Origin: a virus
Reading direction: 5' to 3' (one strand)
Length of the DNA stretch: 64,000 nucleotides
IMG/VR virus record: IMGVR_UViG_3300048999_000192
Span: 91,099-155,098 of that record
Below the pieces are notes generated by a model. It was not told the DNA's origin. It was given only the letters and a program-made list of their open reading frames with translations, and searched no databases. Below are positions 1 to 9,211 of this stretch, one piece after another (positions within the stretch are counted from its first letter, which is position 1; each line of letters opens with the position of its first letter). The position numbers were made by a program, and so were the translations under genes.

Positions 1-8
1 CCTGGGTC

Positions 9-425
9 GTGGCGCACCGTAAGGCGGCCAAGGCCCTGAACAAGCCCGAGCTGATGAAGCGCATCAGCATCCACGAGCGCGTCACCCGCCGCTTCGCCCG
101 CAAGAACCCCAGCGCTCTGGTGCGGGGCTTCTACGTGCAGGCGGGGACGTCCACCGACCTGCTGACCATGGGCCCTGGCGCGAGCCCGGACCCGATGGGC
201 GGCACGCCGATCAATGGGCCCGGCACCCCGCCGCCCATGGAAGGCGGCACCGACCCGGCGCGGCCGGGTGGGCCCGCGATGTACAACGGCGCGCCGCCGT
301 ACGGCTCGCCGGTCGCTCCGGACCCGGTGATGGGCCAGCAGGGCACGCCGGACGCCGCGCAGCGCCAGGCGGCGTTCCGCACGGTCGTCCAGGCCGAGCT
401 CAAGAAGATGCAGGAGGCATCGTGA
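9..425 (+). CDS. C-terminal part of a head-region protein (probably starts upstream of the window)
   Basis: High-GC3 ORF overlapping the next start (GTGA); Pro/Gly-rich; RKAA and YVQA junction-like motifs. Confidence 0.6.
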   Translation: MAHRKAAKALNKPELMKRISIHERVTRRFARKNPSALVRGFYVQAGTSTDLLTMGPGASPDPMGGTPINGPGTPPPMEGGTDPARPGGPAMYNGAPPYGSPVAPDPVMGQQGTPDAAQRQAAFRTVVQAELKKMQEAS

Positions 426-1696
426 CGACCGATCAGTTCGCGTCCCTGTGGACCGAGGCCTCCCGGGACGTGGAGCGCGAGAACGCGCTGCGTGCCGAGG
501 CCCTGGCCAGTGCCAAGCTGGGCGCGGTTTGGCCCTTCTTCGCCCTGGCGCAGTCCAAGCCGGAGCTGGAGCATCGCAAGGCGCTGGCACGTGAGTCCCT
601 GGAGGAGATCGCGGCCAGCACCGGCCTGCCGCTGGCCCGCATCGCCGAGATCATCGACCAGCACTTCACCCTGCTCGCCGAGGCCCGCATGTCCAAGCAG
701 GCCGAGGAAGAGGAGGGCGGCCAGTGGGAGGTCGTCGACAAGGCTACGGACGCAAAGGTCGCAGGCCCTTTCGATGATCGGGAGAAGGCACAAGAGGCCA
801 TCGCGGACAACGACTCCGGGCTGCCTTCTTCCGAGCTGAAGATCGTGCCGGTGAACGAGTCCGAGGACGAGGGCGAGGAGAAAGAGGCCAGCCTCCGTCA
901 CCAGGCCATCCCCGAGGGCGAGAACATCCTGGCCGAGACGGTCAACGACGCCTCTGGTGCCTTCCCGGCCTCGGTCGAGAAGCTGCCCGAGCACGATGAG
1001 GGCCCGGACGCCAACATCCCGCCGGAGGCCTACTCCACGGTCAGCATGCCCCAGCCGGGCGACTCGGGTGCGAGCAACCCGCAGTCCATGGCGGTCAAGA
1101 TCGACATGAGCGTGGCCGAGGCGCGCAAGATCATGCAGCTCGCACTCACCGGCAGTCGTAAGACCGCCGTCGGCGAGTACGTCGACCCGTCCCAGCAGCA
1201 GGGTCAGCAGGCCCCGATGCCGGACGCGCCGGAGTCGGCCACCGGGATGGACACCGGCATGCCGCCGGAGGGCCAGCCGACTCCGGGCCAGGATCCGGGT
1301 GGCCAGGTCGCCACCGACCCCTACCCGATGACCACCAAGCCCGCCCAGCAGCCTGGCGCGCCGGGCGGCGGCGGGGACATGGGCGGGGACACCGAGGGGG
1401 ACGGCGGAGACCCCGTCTCGGACCAGATCGACCAGGTCACCTCGGCGATTCGCAGGGACAACCCCGGGGTCAGCACGTCGGTCGCCAGGCGGGTCGCCCG
1501 CCAGGCCGTGGCCAAGATGCTGACGGCCGCCGGGAGCGACGGGATCGACTACACCCACCCGACGATCCCCAAGGCCGCCCCGGCGGGCGGCGAGGAGGAC
1601 GAGGACGAGAGCCTGGCCGGTCACGCCGCCGAGACGGCCGGAGCCGGTGCCGCCCTGAAGGTCCTGCCCAAGGTTCTTCCGCTACTCGCCCTGTAG
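422..1696 (+). CDS. Acidic head-associated hypothetical protein with repeated xxA junctions
   Basis: 424 aa ORF with GGAGG RBS; KQA, KEAS, HQA, RKTA, RQA, LTAA motifs. Confidence 0.75.
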   Translation: MTTDQFASLWTEASRDVERENALRAEALASAKLGAVWPFFALAQSKPELEHRKALARESLEEIAASTGLPLARIAEIIDQHFTLLAEARMSKQAEEEEGGQWEVVDKATDAKVAGPFDDREKAQEAIADNDSGLPSSELKIVPVNESEDEGEEKEASLRHQAIPEGENILAETVNDASGAFPASVEKLPEHDEGPDANIPPEAYSTVSMPQPGDSGASNPQSMAVKIDMSVAEARKIMQLALTGSRKTAVGEYVDPSQQQGQQAPMPDAPESATGMDTGMPPEGQPTPGQDPGGQVATDPYPMTTKPAQQPGAPGGGGDMGGDTEGDGGDPVSDQIDQVTSAIRRDNPGVSTSVARRVARQAVAKMLTAAGSDGIDYTHPTIPKAAPAGGEEDEDESLAGHAAETAGAGAALKVLPKVLPLLAL

Positions 1697-1704
1697 GAGA
1701 TGAC

Positions 1705-2193
1705 GTGCTCGACGGACTGACCGTGGCCTATGCCGGGCAGCCGGGTGACCTCCAGCCCGGGGACCGTGGTGAGGTGCTCAGCGCCGACTATCAGTACGCC
1801 CACGTGCTTTGGCACACCGGGGCGCTGACCGGTCAGGTCCGTCTGCACGACACCGGTGATCTCGACCTGAGCCCCTCCATGGTCTCGCCGGTCGCCCGCC
1901 ATATCGAGGCGAGCCTGGACGACTCCCTGGAGGTCGGCTCGATCGAGATCACCTCGGCCCGCCAGACCTATGACTCCTCAGGCCCGGCGGGCGTACTGGA
2001 GCAGATGTCGCTGGGCGGCCAGCTCGACCAGCTCTCCGACATCGGGGACGAGGTCTACACTCTCGTGACGAGCCGGGTCAGGACGAGCCCGTACGTCCGC
2101 ACCATCACGGCCCAGCTCGATGAAGAAGAGGCCGAAGAGGTCGTGCGGATGACCTCGGCCGCGTTGCTCCAGGGCCTGCTGGCCGAGGAGTAG
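1705..2193 (+). CDS. Hypothetical virion-region protein
   Basis: AGGAG RBS, GTG start, high-GC3 codon usage. Confidence 0.7.
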   Translation: MLDGLTVAYAGQPGDLQPGDRGEVLSADYQYAHVLWHTGALTGQVRLHDTGDLDLSPSMVSPVARHIEASLDDSLEVGSIEITSARQTYDSSGPAGVLEQMSLGGQLDQLSDIGDEVYTLVTSRVRTSPYVRTITAQLDEEEAEEVVRMTSAALLQGLLAEE

Positions 2194-2217
2194 CGCCCGA
2201 TCTCCCCCGGAGGACCT

Positions 2218-2373
2218 ATGACCAAGTGCATGTACGACAGCTCGATCACCTGCGGCAAGAACTGCAGCAACTGCCCCGGCGGTCGGGCGCGGGTGCAGGT
2301 CGTCCCGTATCGCAAGTCGCGCTGGAGCATCGACGCCGTCTGCGTCGAGGTGGGCGTGTTCGAGCTCCGCTAG
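2218..2373 (+). CDS. 51-aa Cys-rich peptide with a DUF397-like motif (YRKSRWS..VCVEVG); not in ORF track
   Basis: GGAGG RBS; manual translation MTKCMYDSSITCGKNCSNCPGGRARVQVVPYRKSRWSIDAVCVEVGVFELR. Confidence 0.7.
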   Translation: MTKCMYDSSITCGKNCSNCPGGRARVQVVPYRKSRWSIDAVCVEVGVFELR

Positions 2374-2382
2374 GCTCGGGTC

Positions 2383-2472
2383 ATGATCGTCATCACCGAA
2401 CCGTTCCGCAAGAGCGAGATCTCCTCCCAGGGCGCTGACTGCGTCGAGGTGGCTCGCGCCGAAGTACGCTGA
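2383..2472 (+). CDS. 29-aa mini DUF397-like peptide; not in ORF track
   Basis: Manual translation MIVITEPFRKSEISSQGADCVEVARAEVR fits the DUF397 core WRKSSxS...CVEVA; RBS weak. Confidence 0.6.
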   Translation: MIVITEPFRKSEISSQGADCVEVARAEVR

Positions 2473-2478
2473 CGAGCG

Positions 2479-2540
2479 GTTGAGCCGTCCTCCTGCCTTT
2501 GTGCCTGCGTCAGGGAGGGCGGCTCAATCATTTTATTTTC
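2479..2540 (+). terminator. Intrinsic terminator
   Basis: TTGAGCCGTCCTCC...GGGAGGGCGGCTCAA hairpin followed by TCATTTTATTTT. Confidence 0.7.
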
Positions 2541-2582
2541 TTCCCCTCTGGTGTTCCACTCCAGGTTTTCTTGGAGTAACGT
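2528..2582 (+). promoter_or_regulatory. Accessory-island promoter with palindromic operator and -10 TAACGT
   Basis: ACTCCAGG-TTTT-CTTGGAGT at 2558-2577; near-duplicate unit at 3009-3063. Confidence 0.55.
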
Positions 2583-2609
2583 GGCTGAAGCCACGATCGA
2601 AAGGACACC

Positions 2610-2963
2610 ATGGAGACCGTTCCCCACATCGTCGACAGCCTCGCCGTCGAGCGGAAGATGGACATGGTCATCGACGTCTCCGGCCAGCCGGACGTCACCG
2701 ACACCATGAACCGCCGCAAGGTCCTCCCGCAGAAGCTGCTCCTCACCTATCGCCAGGAGGGCCTGGACGTCCCCGTCTCCCTGTGGCACGTGATCGTGCG
2801 CGGCCCCCTCCGCCTCAGCGCGGGCACCCTGTCCAAGGTCACCACGCACGACGTCAACAGCTACTTCTGGAAGCTGGAGGCGGACGAGCTGGAGGAGCTC
2901 GACCATCGGTTCCCGGCCTGGGTCCGGGCGCTGGTGGAGGAGTACTGGCCCGCCACCATCTGA
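2610..2963 (+). CDS. Hypothetical protein (accessory island)
   Basis: AAGGA RBS, 117 aa. Confidence 0.75.
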   Translation: METVPHIVDSLAVERKMDMVIDVSGQPDVTDTMNRRKVLPQKLLLTYRQEGLDVPVSLWHVIVRGPLRLSAGTLSKVTTHDVNSYFWKLEADELEELDHRFPAWVRALVEEYWPATI

Positions 2964-2975
2964 GCCATCCCTGGA

Positions 2976-3020
2976 GATCGGCCCCCGCTACCGTCCGGCG
3001 GGGGCCGATCATTTTATTTT
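2976..3020 (+). terminator. Intrinsic terminator
   Basis: GATCGGCCCCCGC...GCGGGGGCCGATC plus ATTTTATTTT. Confidence 0.75.
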
Positions 3021-3063
3021 CTTCCCTCAGGTGGTTCCCTCCCCACAATCCTTGGAGTAGGGT
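3009..3063 (+). promoter_or_regulatory. Second copy of accessory promoter (CTTGGAG half-site, -10 TAGGGT)
   Basis: Shares TCATTTTATTTTCTTCCC and CTTGGAGTA..GTGG with 2528-2584. Confidence 0.55.
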
Positions 3064-3096
3064 GGGGGTACACACCGAGAGAAGGGGCCACAAAAG

Positions 3097-3318
3097 ATGG
3101 CGAACCTGAGCCGGAAGAACTACACCGAGATCGCCGAGGCCGTCGGCATCGAGCGTCGCGCGGTGAGCGCCAGTGACCGCGAGGGCTACACCCGCGAGGA
3201 GGTCGCCGAGATGCTCGACGCGATCTCGACCCGCCTCGCCCGCGCGATGACCGGCACCAACGCCCAGTTCAACCGCCCCCGCTTCCTGGAGGCCTGTGGC
3301 GTGGAGGAGGGCAAGTGA
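3097..3318 (+). CDS. Small phage hypothetical protein (FNRPRFLEACG C-terminus)
   Basis: 73 aa; C-terminal motif recalled from small phage early proteins. Confidence 0.75.
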   Translation: MANLSRKNYTEIAEAVGIERRAVSASDREGYTREEVAEMLDAISTRLARAMTGTNAQFNRPRFLEACGVEEGK

Positions 3319-3692
3319 GCTCCATCGTCATCGAGGTCCCCGAGGACCTGGAGACCGTCCTGGTCGAGGACCTGTTCCGCATCCAGGACGAGGACACCCG
3401 CCACGCGATGGTGCACAAGCGGGCGAACAACCCCGACCTGTGCCCCGAGTGCCGGGCCTATGTCCAGGCGATGCGCCAGGTGATCGAGACCCGGCGGCTC
3501 TCCCCCAAGGGTCAGGCGATCGAAACGGCCGCCATCGCGCTCTACCGCCAGGAGGTCGGCTTCGAGTCCTTCGCCGCCGCCAGCCGGGTGTGGTCGTACC
3601 GTGCGGACCAGCACGAGGCCTACCGCAGCCGGGCTCGCGAGATCTTCACCCTCACCGACCCCATCTTCCCGATCTACCGCGCGGAGGACTGA
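3315..3692 (+). CDS. Hypothetical protein with CxxC
   Basis: GTGA overlap, GGAGG RBS. Confidence 0.75.
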   Translation: MSSIVIEVPEDLETVLVEDLFRIQDEDTRHAMVHKRANNPDLCPECRAYVQAMRQVIETRRLSPKGQAIETAAIALYRQEVGFESFAAASRVWSYRADQHEAYRSRAREIFTLTDPIFPIYRAED

Positions 3693-3694
3693 TC

Positions 3695-3943
3695 ATGAAG
3701 ACCACCGAGACCCCCGCCCAGCGCCCGCTCCGCGAGATCGCCGCCGAGATCAAGGAGAACTGGAAGAACGTCTACTTCGGCGCGGTGCCCTACCTGGACG
3801 CCATGGGCGGGCTGGAGGCGATCGACGGCTACTTCGGGGTCGATGACGCCCGCACGATCGTCCGCTACTTCCTCTCCAACGCCGCCACCTGGCGGGGTGA
3901 GACCGCCCGCCGCGTCAAGGCCGAACTAAAGGCGATGCTCTGA
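3695..3943 (+). CDS. Phage hypothetical protein (VYFGAVPYLDAM...YFLSNAATWRG)
   Basis: Start taken as ATG 3695 after GGAGG; 3' part of track ORF 3296..3943. Confidence 0.75.
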   Translation: MKTTETPAQRPLREIAAEIKENWKNVYFGAVPYLDAMGGLEAIDGYFGVDDARTIVRYFLSNAATWRGETARRVKAELKAML

Positions 3944-3945
3944 TC

Positions 3946-4257
3946 ATGGAAAAGTTCCTCAAGCTCCAGCCCTCCCCGCGTGTCGACAACATCGTGGACG
4001 GCCACGAGATGACCCAGCTCCCCTACCCGTTCTTCGTCGAGCAGGACGGCACCGTCCTGCATCCCGACACCGTGCAGGCGGTGCGGGCGCTGGGCTTCCA
4101 GACCGACCTGGCCCGGCACGAGGTCGACCTTCTCTGGGATGAGATCTGGGAGCACCCGGAGCTGGCCGTCGGCAAGTACCTGGTCTCCACTACCCCCGAC
4201 GGCGGCATGGGTGTCCACACCATCGCCATCGACACCGCCGAATTCATCGGGGGGTAG
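3946..4257 (+). CDS. Hypothetical protein
   Basis: 103 aa, tight operon spacing. Confidence 0.7.
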   Translation: MEKFLKLQPSPRVDNIVDGHEMTQLPYPFFVEQDGTVLHPDTVQAVRALGFQTDLARHEVDLLWDEIWEHPELAVGKYLVSTTPDGGMGVHTIAIDTAEFIGG

Positions 4258-4261
4258 CGCC

Positions 4262-4504
4262 ATGATCGAGCTGGAGATCGGGGAGGAGGTCGAGATCTAC
4301 TTCGACAACTACAACCGTTACTCCGACCCCACTCTGGAGGGGATCGGCACGGTGACCAAGGTCGTCAAGGGCAGCGTGTTCATCGAGTGGCCGTCGGGAC
4401 AGATCAAGTTCTCCCGCACCTTCCAGCGCAGCCAGGACGCCTACCAGGGCCGGTTCTTCCGCAAGGCGGACCAGAACGTTCGCTTCGCCCAGCATCGCGG
4501 CTGA
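4262..4504 (+). CDS. Small beta-rich hypothetical protein
   Basis: ATG 4262 (MIELEIGEEV...), 3' part of track ORF 4139..4504. Confidence 0.65.
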   Translation: MIELEIGEEVEIYFDNYNRYSDPTLEGIGTVTKVVKGSVFIEWPSGQIKFSRTFQRSQDAYQGRFFRKADQNVRFAQHRG

Positions 4505-4507
4505 CAA

Positions 4508-4557
4508 GCTGTCCACGAGCCCCACCACACCCCGAAAGGGTGGAGGTGGGGCTTCGT
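4508..4557 (+). terminator. Hairpin closing the accessory island, overlapping a degenerate late-promoter motif and the next RBS
   Basis: ACGAGCCCCACC...GGTGGGGCTTCGT; GCTGTC-N20-GAAAGGGTGG at 4508-4543. Confidence 0.55.
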
Positions 4558-7500
4558 GCGTCCTGGGGAAGAGTCGGCTCGGTCCGACGCTGGCAAGCAG
4601 ACCGTCTGGCCGGTCGCTGTCGGCGGCGGCCTGGTGGACATGTGCGCCCACCACAAGACGATCCACGAGGGGCACTCCAACCTCGCCAACCAGATCGCCG
4701 CCCAGACCGGCCTGGCGCAGGAGGAGCACGAGGAGCTCACCCCGCACACCGGCACCTGCGTGGAGTGCAAGCGCCGCGCGGGCAAGGGCGAGCTGATGCA
4801 CTCGCTCGACTCGGCGCTGCCGACCGGATATCGCAAGAAGCAGGATCAGAGCGACCGTACGCCCCGCAGGCCGTTCGAGCCGGGCAAGACCCGCACCAAG
4901 CCCCTGGAGCCCCTCCCGCCGTCTCTGAACGCCGTGCAGGCCTCCTCCGAGGAGATGCGCCCGCTGCCGGGAGCGCTCTACCACGTCACCACGGCCCGGG
5001 ACGCGGTGCTGGCCCACGGCCTGAAGAACCGCACCGAGCTCGGCCAGCAGTACGGCCACGGCCTCGGTGGCGGCCGGGACGACACGATCTCCCTGACGAC
5101 CCACCGGCCGACGGCCGAGCACCTGCTGCACTCCCTGCACGAGTACCACGACGTGCTCAACGGCAAGATCAAGCTGGCCGACCTGAAGGAGAAGGCCCGG
5201 CAGGGAGTCGGGGCCGAGAAGCCCTATGACTACATGCTGAAGGACCACGCTGACGAGGATCTCGCCGCCGCCGACAAGGGCCGGGCGATCGAGCACCGGA
5301 TGCACGACCGCTCCGAGGTGGGCGAGGACTGGAAGCCCCTGGACGAGGGCATGCATGGCACCGGCCCCCAGGGGGAGTACCACCTCCACATGGCCTGGGA
5401 CCGGCCGCTGGACCGCTCGGAGCTGCTCCACAAGCGTGATGACGTCTACAAGAAGTTCTCCTGGGGGCGTCAGGGCGCGGGTGGTCACCCCGACCCCCTG
5501 TTCATCGCCAACGACCCCGGCGAGTTCGTCAAGAAGGACCCGGGCCAGTTCGCCCTGATGCACGTGCGCCCTCACGAGGGAGCGCACGGGATCCAGATGA
5601 ACGACCGCACCGAGGGCACCGACGCGGGGGAGTGGCGGGCGCTGTCGGGCAAGGATCTCCACGTCGTGCACCACGAGGGCCGAGAGGCCATCACGCCCCG
5701 TACGGCCGCCGCTGACCACCACGTCTTCTATCACGTCACGGACAATCCGAACTTCGAGCTGAGCACCACCCACCGGCCGCACCTGAACCTGGAGGGCGGT
5801 GAGGACGAGCACCGCGAGCCAGGCATCCACATGGCTGACCACGAGGGCATCAACCGCTGGATGGGCACCGGCGGGTACATCAGGCCGTACATGGTGGAGC
5901 TGCACGCCCACCCCGAGCTCGACGACCACCCCGACACCGAGCACGGCTTCGCCCGCGAGCGTTACGTCCCGGCCAAGCACTACGACAAGCTGAAGGTCCA
6001 CCGCGTGATCCCGCTCGACGCCTGGGACCGCGAGCAGGGCGGTTATGGCCACATGGAGCAGTCGCTGGGCTCGGAGTACGACACCGGCGCGCCCATCGCC
6101 AGCTCACACGAGGACCGGCCCTACCGGCCCCGGACGCCCTACACCGGCCCGGACGCCCGCGAGATGACACCGGAGCAGCACCAGCACCACACCGACCGCT
6201 ACGACCGGTTCATGAGCGACCGCATCAGCCGTCAGGCCGCCTCGTATCCGATCAAGTACACCCGAATGACCCAGAACGGGTACGAGGACGTCGAGGACGA
6301 GATCGAGGGCCCGCTGTTCCACGGCAGCCGCTCCAAGCGCCTGCAGCCGGGCGACATGATCACCAAGGGCCGCAAGACCAATCCCTGGGGCGACCAGGGC
6401 CCCAAGAGCCAGACGGTCCACTTCACCGTGCACCACGACACCGCGCGGGACTACGCCGACCAGGCGGGCGGCCACGTCTATGAGGTCGAGCCGACGGGGG
6501 AGTTCAAGCACGACTACTCCGGCGGCGACTTCAAGACCGCGCACCCGCTGCGCGTCGTGCGCATGGTGCCGCGTTCGGAGTGGGAGGCCTCCAAGGAGGC
6601 CAGCCGCCGTACGGCCATGACTCCGGAGCGCCGCGCCGAGATCGAGCGCATCCGGCAGGAGCGCAAGAACCGTCCCCGCCGCCCGGCCGGTCAGCCGCGC
6701 GCCGACGCGTTCTCGCACCTGTTCACGCCGATCCCCGAGCACGAGCTGGAGGAGCAGCGCCAGGCGCGTATGCCCAAGCCCGAGCCGATCAACGACAAGA
6801 CCTACTCGATCGGCGACGTCAGCAAGCACTACGAGTGGGAGGGCTTCGACCCGTACGAGATCGAGCACCTCGTGCATCACCCGGAGCACGCCCAGTTCAC
6901 CCACGAGGACGTGCCGGTGCACAGCCTGCGCCACATCACCGAGCACGGCGAGCTCGTCAAGCCGCCGTCCTACCGCGACATCGCCGACCAGGGGGATGAC
7001 GAGCAGGAGCGGCTCGGGGAGCTGGAGCGCGGGCACGACGACGGCGCCCACATCCCGCCCATCGTCGTCGTCCGCCACGGCGAGCACCACATCATCGCCG
7101 ACGGCTCCCACCGGGCGGCCATCGCGGCCGAGCGCGGCCACACCCACATCCCGGCCTTCGTCACCGAGCGGACGATCATGCCCAAGACCGGTCGCATGGG
7201 CGATGGCGGCCCCGACCCATTCGAGCGTACGGCCGCGATGCACAACCCCAACGCCAAGGCGGGGCAGGCCGAGGACGAGTGGTACCACGGCAGCCCGCAC
7301 GACTTCGACAGCTTCAGTGACACCGGGTCAAGTAACGACACCGAGGACCACGTCAACCACTGGAACGTGCTCCTGGGCAACCACTTCACTGCGACCCACA
7401 ACGTGGCGCATGACTTCAGCCTGGGCCTGCACCACGCCTCGGACGCGAACGGCAACGACGACGCCGAGGAGCCGCTGGGCCACGTCATCCACGCCAGGCT

Positions 7501-9211
7501 GCACATCAAGCGGCCCAAGGTCTACAAGTCCGAGCACGACATGGACCAGGAGGTCCACGAGCACGAGGTGAAGCGCGGCAACCTGCTCGACCCGCACCTG
7601 CCCGAGACGCCGCACGAGGACGCCGACGATGACGAGTGGGACGACTACTACGCCGACGCCGGGCACGCGCGGGTCTACCGGGGTGACAGCCATGGGCCCT
7701 TCGGCCCGAACGAGCCGGACCCGAACGTGGCTCACGGCTTCCACCCCAAGGCGACCGGCTGGCTGAACCACCACCCGGACAAGGAGGGCATCGCCGCCCG
7801 CCACAAGGCCCGGCTGATCAAGCAGGGCTACGACGGCATCGTCTACGGCAATGAGTTCGAGCGGGCCGACGCCGGGGGCAAGGAGAAGTCCGCCATCGCC
7901 TTCCATCCGCATCAGGTCGAGATCACCCAGCACCACTACGGCCGCACCGGCCAGTGCCTGAACCCCGAGGAGTGCGCCCGGCAGCGCGCGGCCGACCACG
8001 ACCCGGGCCAGCTCGCGCTACCCATGGAGCACACTTCGGCCCTGACGGCGGGCGGCGTCAGCCGTCTCGCACTGCCGCTTCCGGCGGAGTGCTGGAGCCG
8101 GTACCGCTCGACTCTGGGCGACCGTACGGCCTCCTGGGACGACGATGACGAGTGGAGCGAGGACGAGACCTTCCACTGCCCGGCGTGCGGCGAGGACCAT
8201 GAGGACGAAGAGACGCGCGACAACCACATGATGGCCCATACCGACTGGGACAGGGTGCATCCCAAGCTTCCCGACACCCTGCACCGGGGCATGGCCGTCT
8301 CGCTGCCGGACGAAGTCCATGACGTCGTCCACGATGAGTCGCGGCCGTCGGCCGAGCGGGCGCAAGCGCTGGCCGACCACGTCAAGAAGCGTGGGCTGGG
8401 CATGCACTTCACGGACGACAAGCAGCAGGCCGCGCACTACTCGCACGTCTACCACCAGCCTGGCGACACCCACGTGATCGTGCACTCGCGCAAGCCGGAC
8501 ATGCATCACATCGAGACCGACCCCGGTGAGCTCGAATCCCAGCAGGTCATCGGTTATGGCCAGCACGATGACAACGAGATCCCGATTCGCTCCGGCGCGC
8601 CCGTGCACGCCACCGGGATCTCCTGGAAGCACGAGGATCCCAAGGCCGACTGGCATACGCACAACTTCGGAAGGTCCATGGAAATGACCGCGATGCGCAA
8701 GCAGGCCCACGACAGCGGTGACGGTCAGCGGATCTTCCACTGCCCGTTCTGCGGTGCTGGCCAGGTGATCGCCCGTTCGGACGGCACCACCGAGTGCGAG
8801 TTCTGCCACCAGGCCTTCACGGTCCAGGTGCAGCCGCAGTTCAACAGCTTCCCGCAGACCGACCCGACCACCGGCCTGCCGATCATGATCCCGGGCATGC
8901 CGGGCCAGATCGATGCCCCTGGCACGCCGCCAGGGGCTCCAGGAGGCGCTCTGCCGCCCGGAGCGGACGAGGAGTCGGACAACCCGTTCGCGGCCGACAG
9001 CGGTGACGAGAGCGGCCCTCCCGGGGCCGATGACGGTGGGGACGACTCCGGCGATGGCGGGGACGATAACAAGCCGGACTTCCTGAAGGGCTCCAGCTTC
9101 CGGACGGCCTCGGGCGACCTGCTCACCGAGGCGGCCTACACCCGCCACCTCGCGCTGCGCTTCTCGGCCAACCCTGAGAAGATGATCGAACTGCTGCGGA
9201 GCGGGCGATGA
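4556..9211 (+). CDS. Polyvalent polyprotein: about five ADP-ribosyltransferase-like domains (one Arr-like, one ART-PolyVal-like), a ParB/Srx domain and a C-terminal Zn ribbon
   Basis: LYHVT..ISLTT..GEW; FYHVT..GIHM..ERY; LFHGS..VHFT..VYEVEPTG; PPIVV..IADGSHRAA; WYHGS..GNHFT..GYDGIVY; LHRG..GMHFT..NEI; CPFC..CEFC. Confidence 0.75.
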   Translation: MRPGEESARSDAGKQTVWPVAVGGGLVDMCAHHKTIHEGHSNLANQIAAQTGLAQEEHEELTPHTGTCVECKRRAGKGELMHSLDSALPTGYRKKQDQSDRTPRRPFEPGKTRTKPLEPLPPSLNAVQASSEEMRPLPGALYHVTTARDAVLAHGLKNRTELGQQYGHGLGGGRDDTISLTTHRPTAEHLLHSLHEYHDVLNGKIKLADLKEKARQGVGAEKPYDYMLKDHADEDLAAADKGRAIEHRMHDRSEVGEDWKPLDEGMHGTGPQGEYHLHMAWDRPLDRSELLHKRDDVYKKFSWGRQGAGGHPDPLFIANDPGEFVKKDPGQFALMHVRPHEGAHGIQMNDRTEGTDAGEWRALSGKDLHVVHHEGREAITPRTAAADHHVFYHVTDNPNFELSTTHRPHLNLEGGEDEHREPGIHMADHEGINRWMGTGGYIRPYMVELHAHPELDDHPDTEHGFARERYVPAKHYDKLKVHRVIPLDAWDREQGGYGHMEQSLGSEYDTGAPIASSHEDRPYRPRTPYTGPDAREMTPEQHQHHTDRYDRFMSDRISRQAASYPIKYTRMTQNGYEDVEDEIEGPLFHGSRSKRLQPGDMITKGRKTNPWGDQGPKSQTVHFTVHHDTARDYADQAGGHVYEVEPTGEFKHDYSGGDFKTAHPLRVVRMVPRSEWEASKEASRRTAMTPERRAEIERIRQERKNRPRRPAGQPRADAFSHLFTPIPEHELEEQRQARMPKPEPINDKTYSIGDVSKHYEWEGFDPYEIEHLVHHPEHAQFTHEDVPVHSLRHITEHGELVKPPSYRDIADQGDDEQERLGELERGHDDGAHIPPIVVVRHGEHHIIADGSHRAAIAAERGHTHIPAFVTERTIMPKTGRMGDGGPDPFERTAAMHNPNAKAGQAEDEWYHGSPHDFDSFSDTGSSNDTEDHVNHWNVLLGNHFTATHNVAHDFSLGLHHASDANGNDDAEEPLGHVIHARLHIKRPKVYKSEHDMDQEVHEHEVKRGNLLDPHLPETPHEDADDDEWDDYYADAGHARVYRGDSHGPFGPNEPDPNVAHGFHPKATGWLNHHPDKEGIAARHKARLIKQGYDGIVYGNEFERADAGGKEKSAIAFHPHQVEITQHHYGRTGQCLNPEECARQRAADHDPGQLALPMEHTSALTAGGVSRLALPLPAECWSRYRSTLGDRTASWDDDDEWSEDETFHCPACGEDHEDEETRDNHMMAHTDWDRVHPKLPDTLHRGMAVSLPDEVHDVVHDESRPSAERAQALADHVKKRGLGMHFTDDKQQAAHYSHVYHQPGDTHVIVHSRKPDMHHIETDPGELESQQVIGYGQHDDNEIPIRSGAPVHATGISWKHEDPKADWHTHNFGRSMEMTAMRKQAHDSGDGQRIFHCPFCGAGQVIARSDGTTECEFCHQAFTVQVQPQFNSFPQTDPTTGLPIMIPGMPGQIDAPGTPPGAPGGALPPGADEESDNPFAADSGDESGPPGADDGGDDSGDGGDDNKPDFLKGSSFRTASGDLLTEAAYTRHLALRFSANPEKMIELLRSGR

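Noticed and set aside
6242-6590. Calling the Arr-like module a rifampicin resistance gene
   Set aside because: Only fold-level motifs are visible and it is embedded in a polyprotein; substrate unknown
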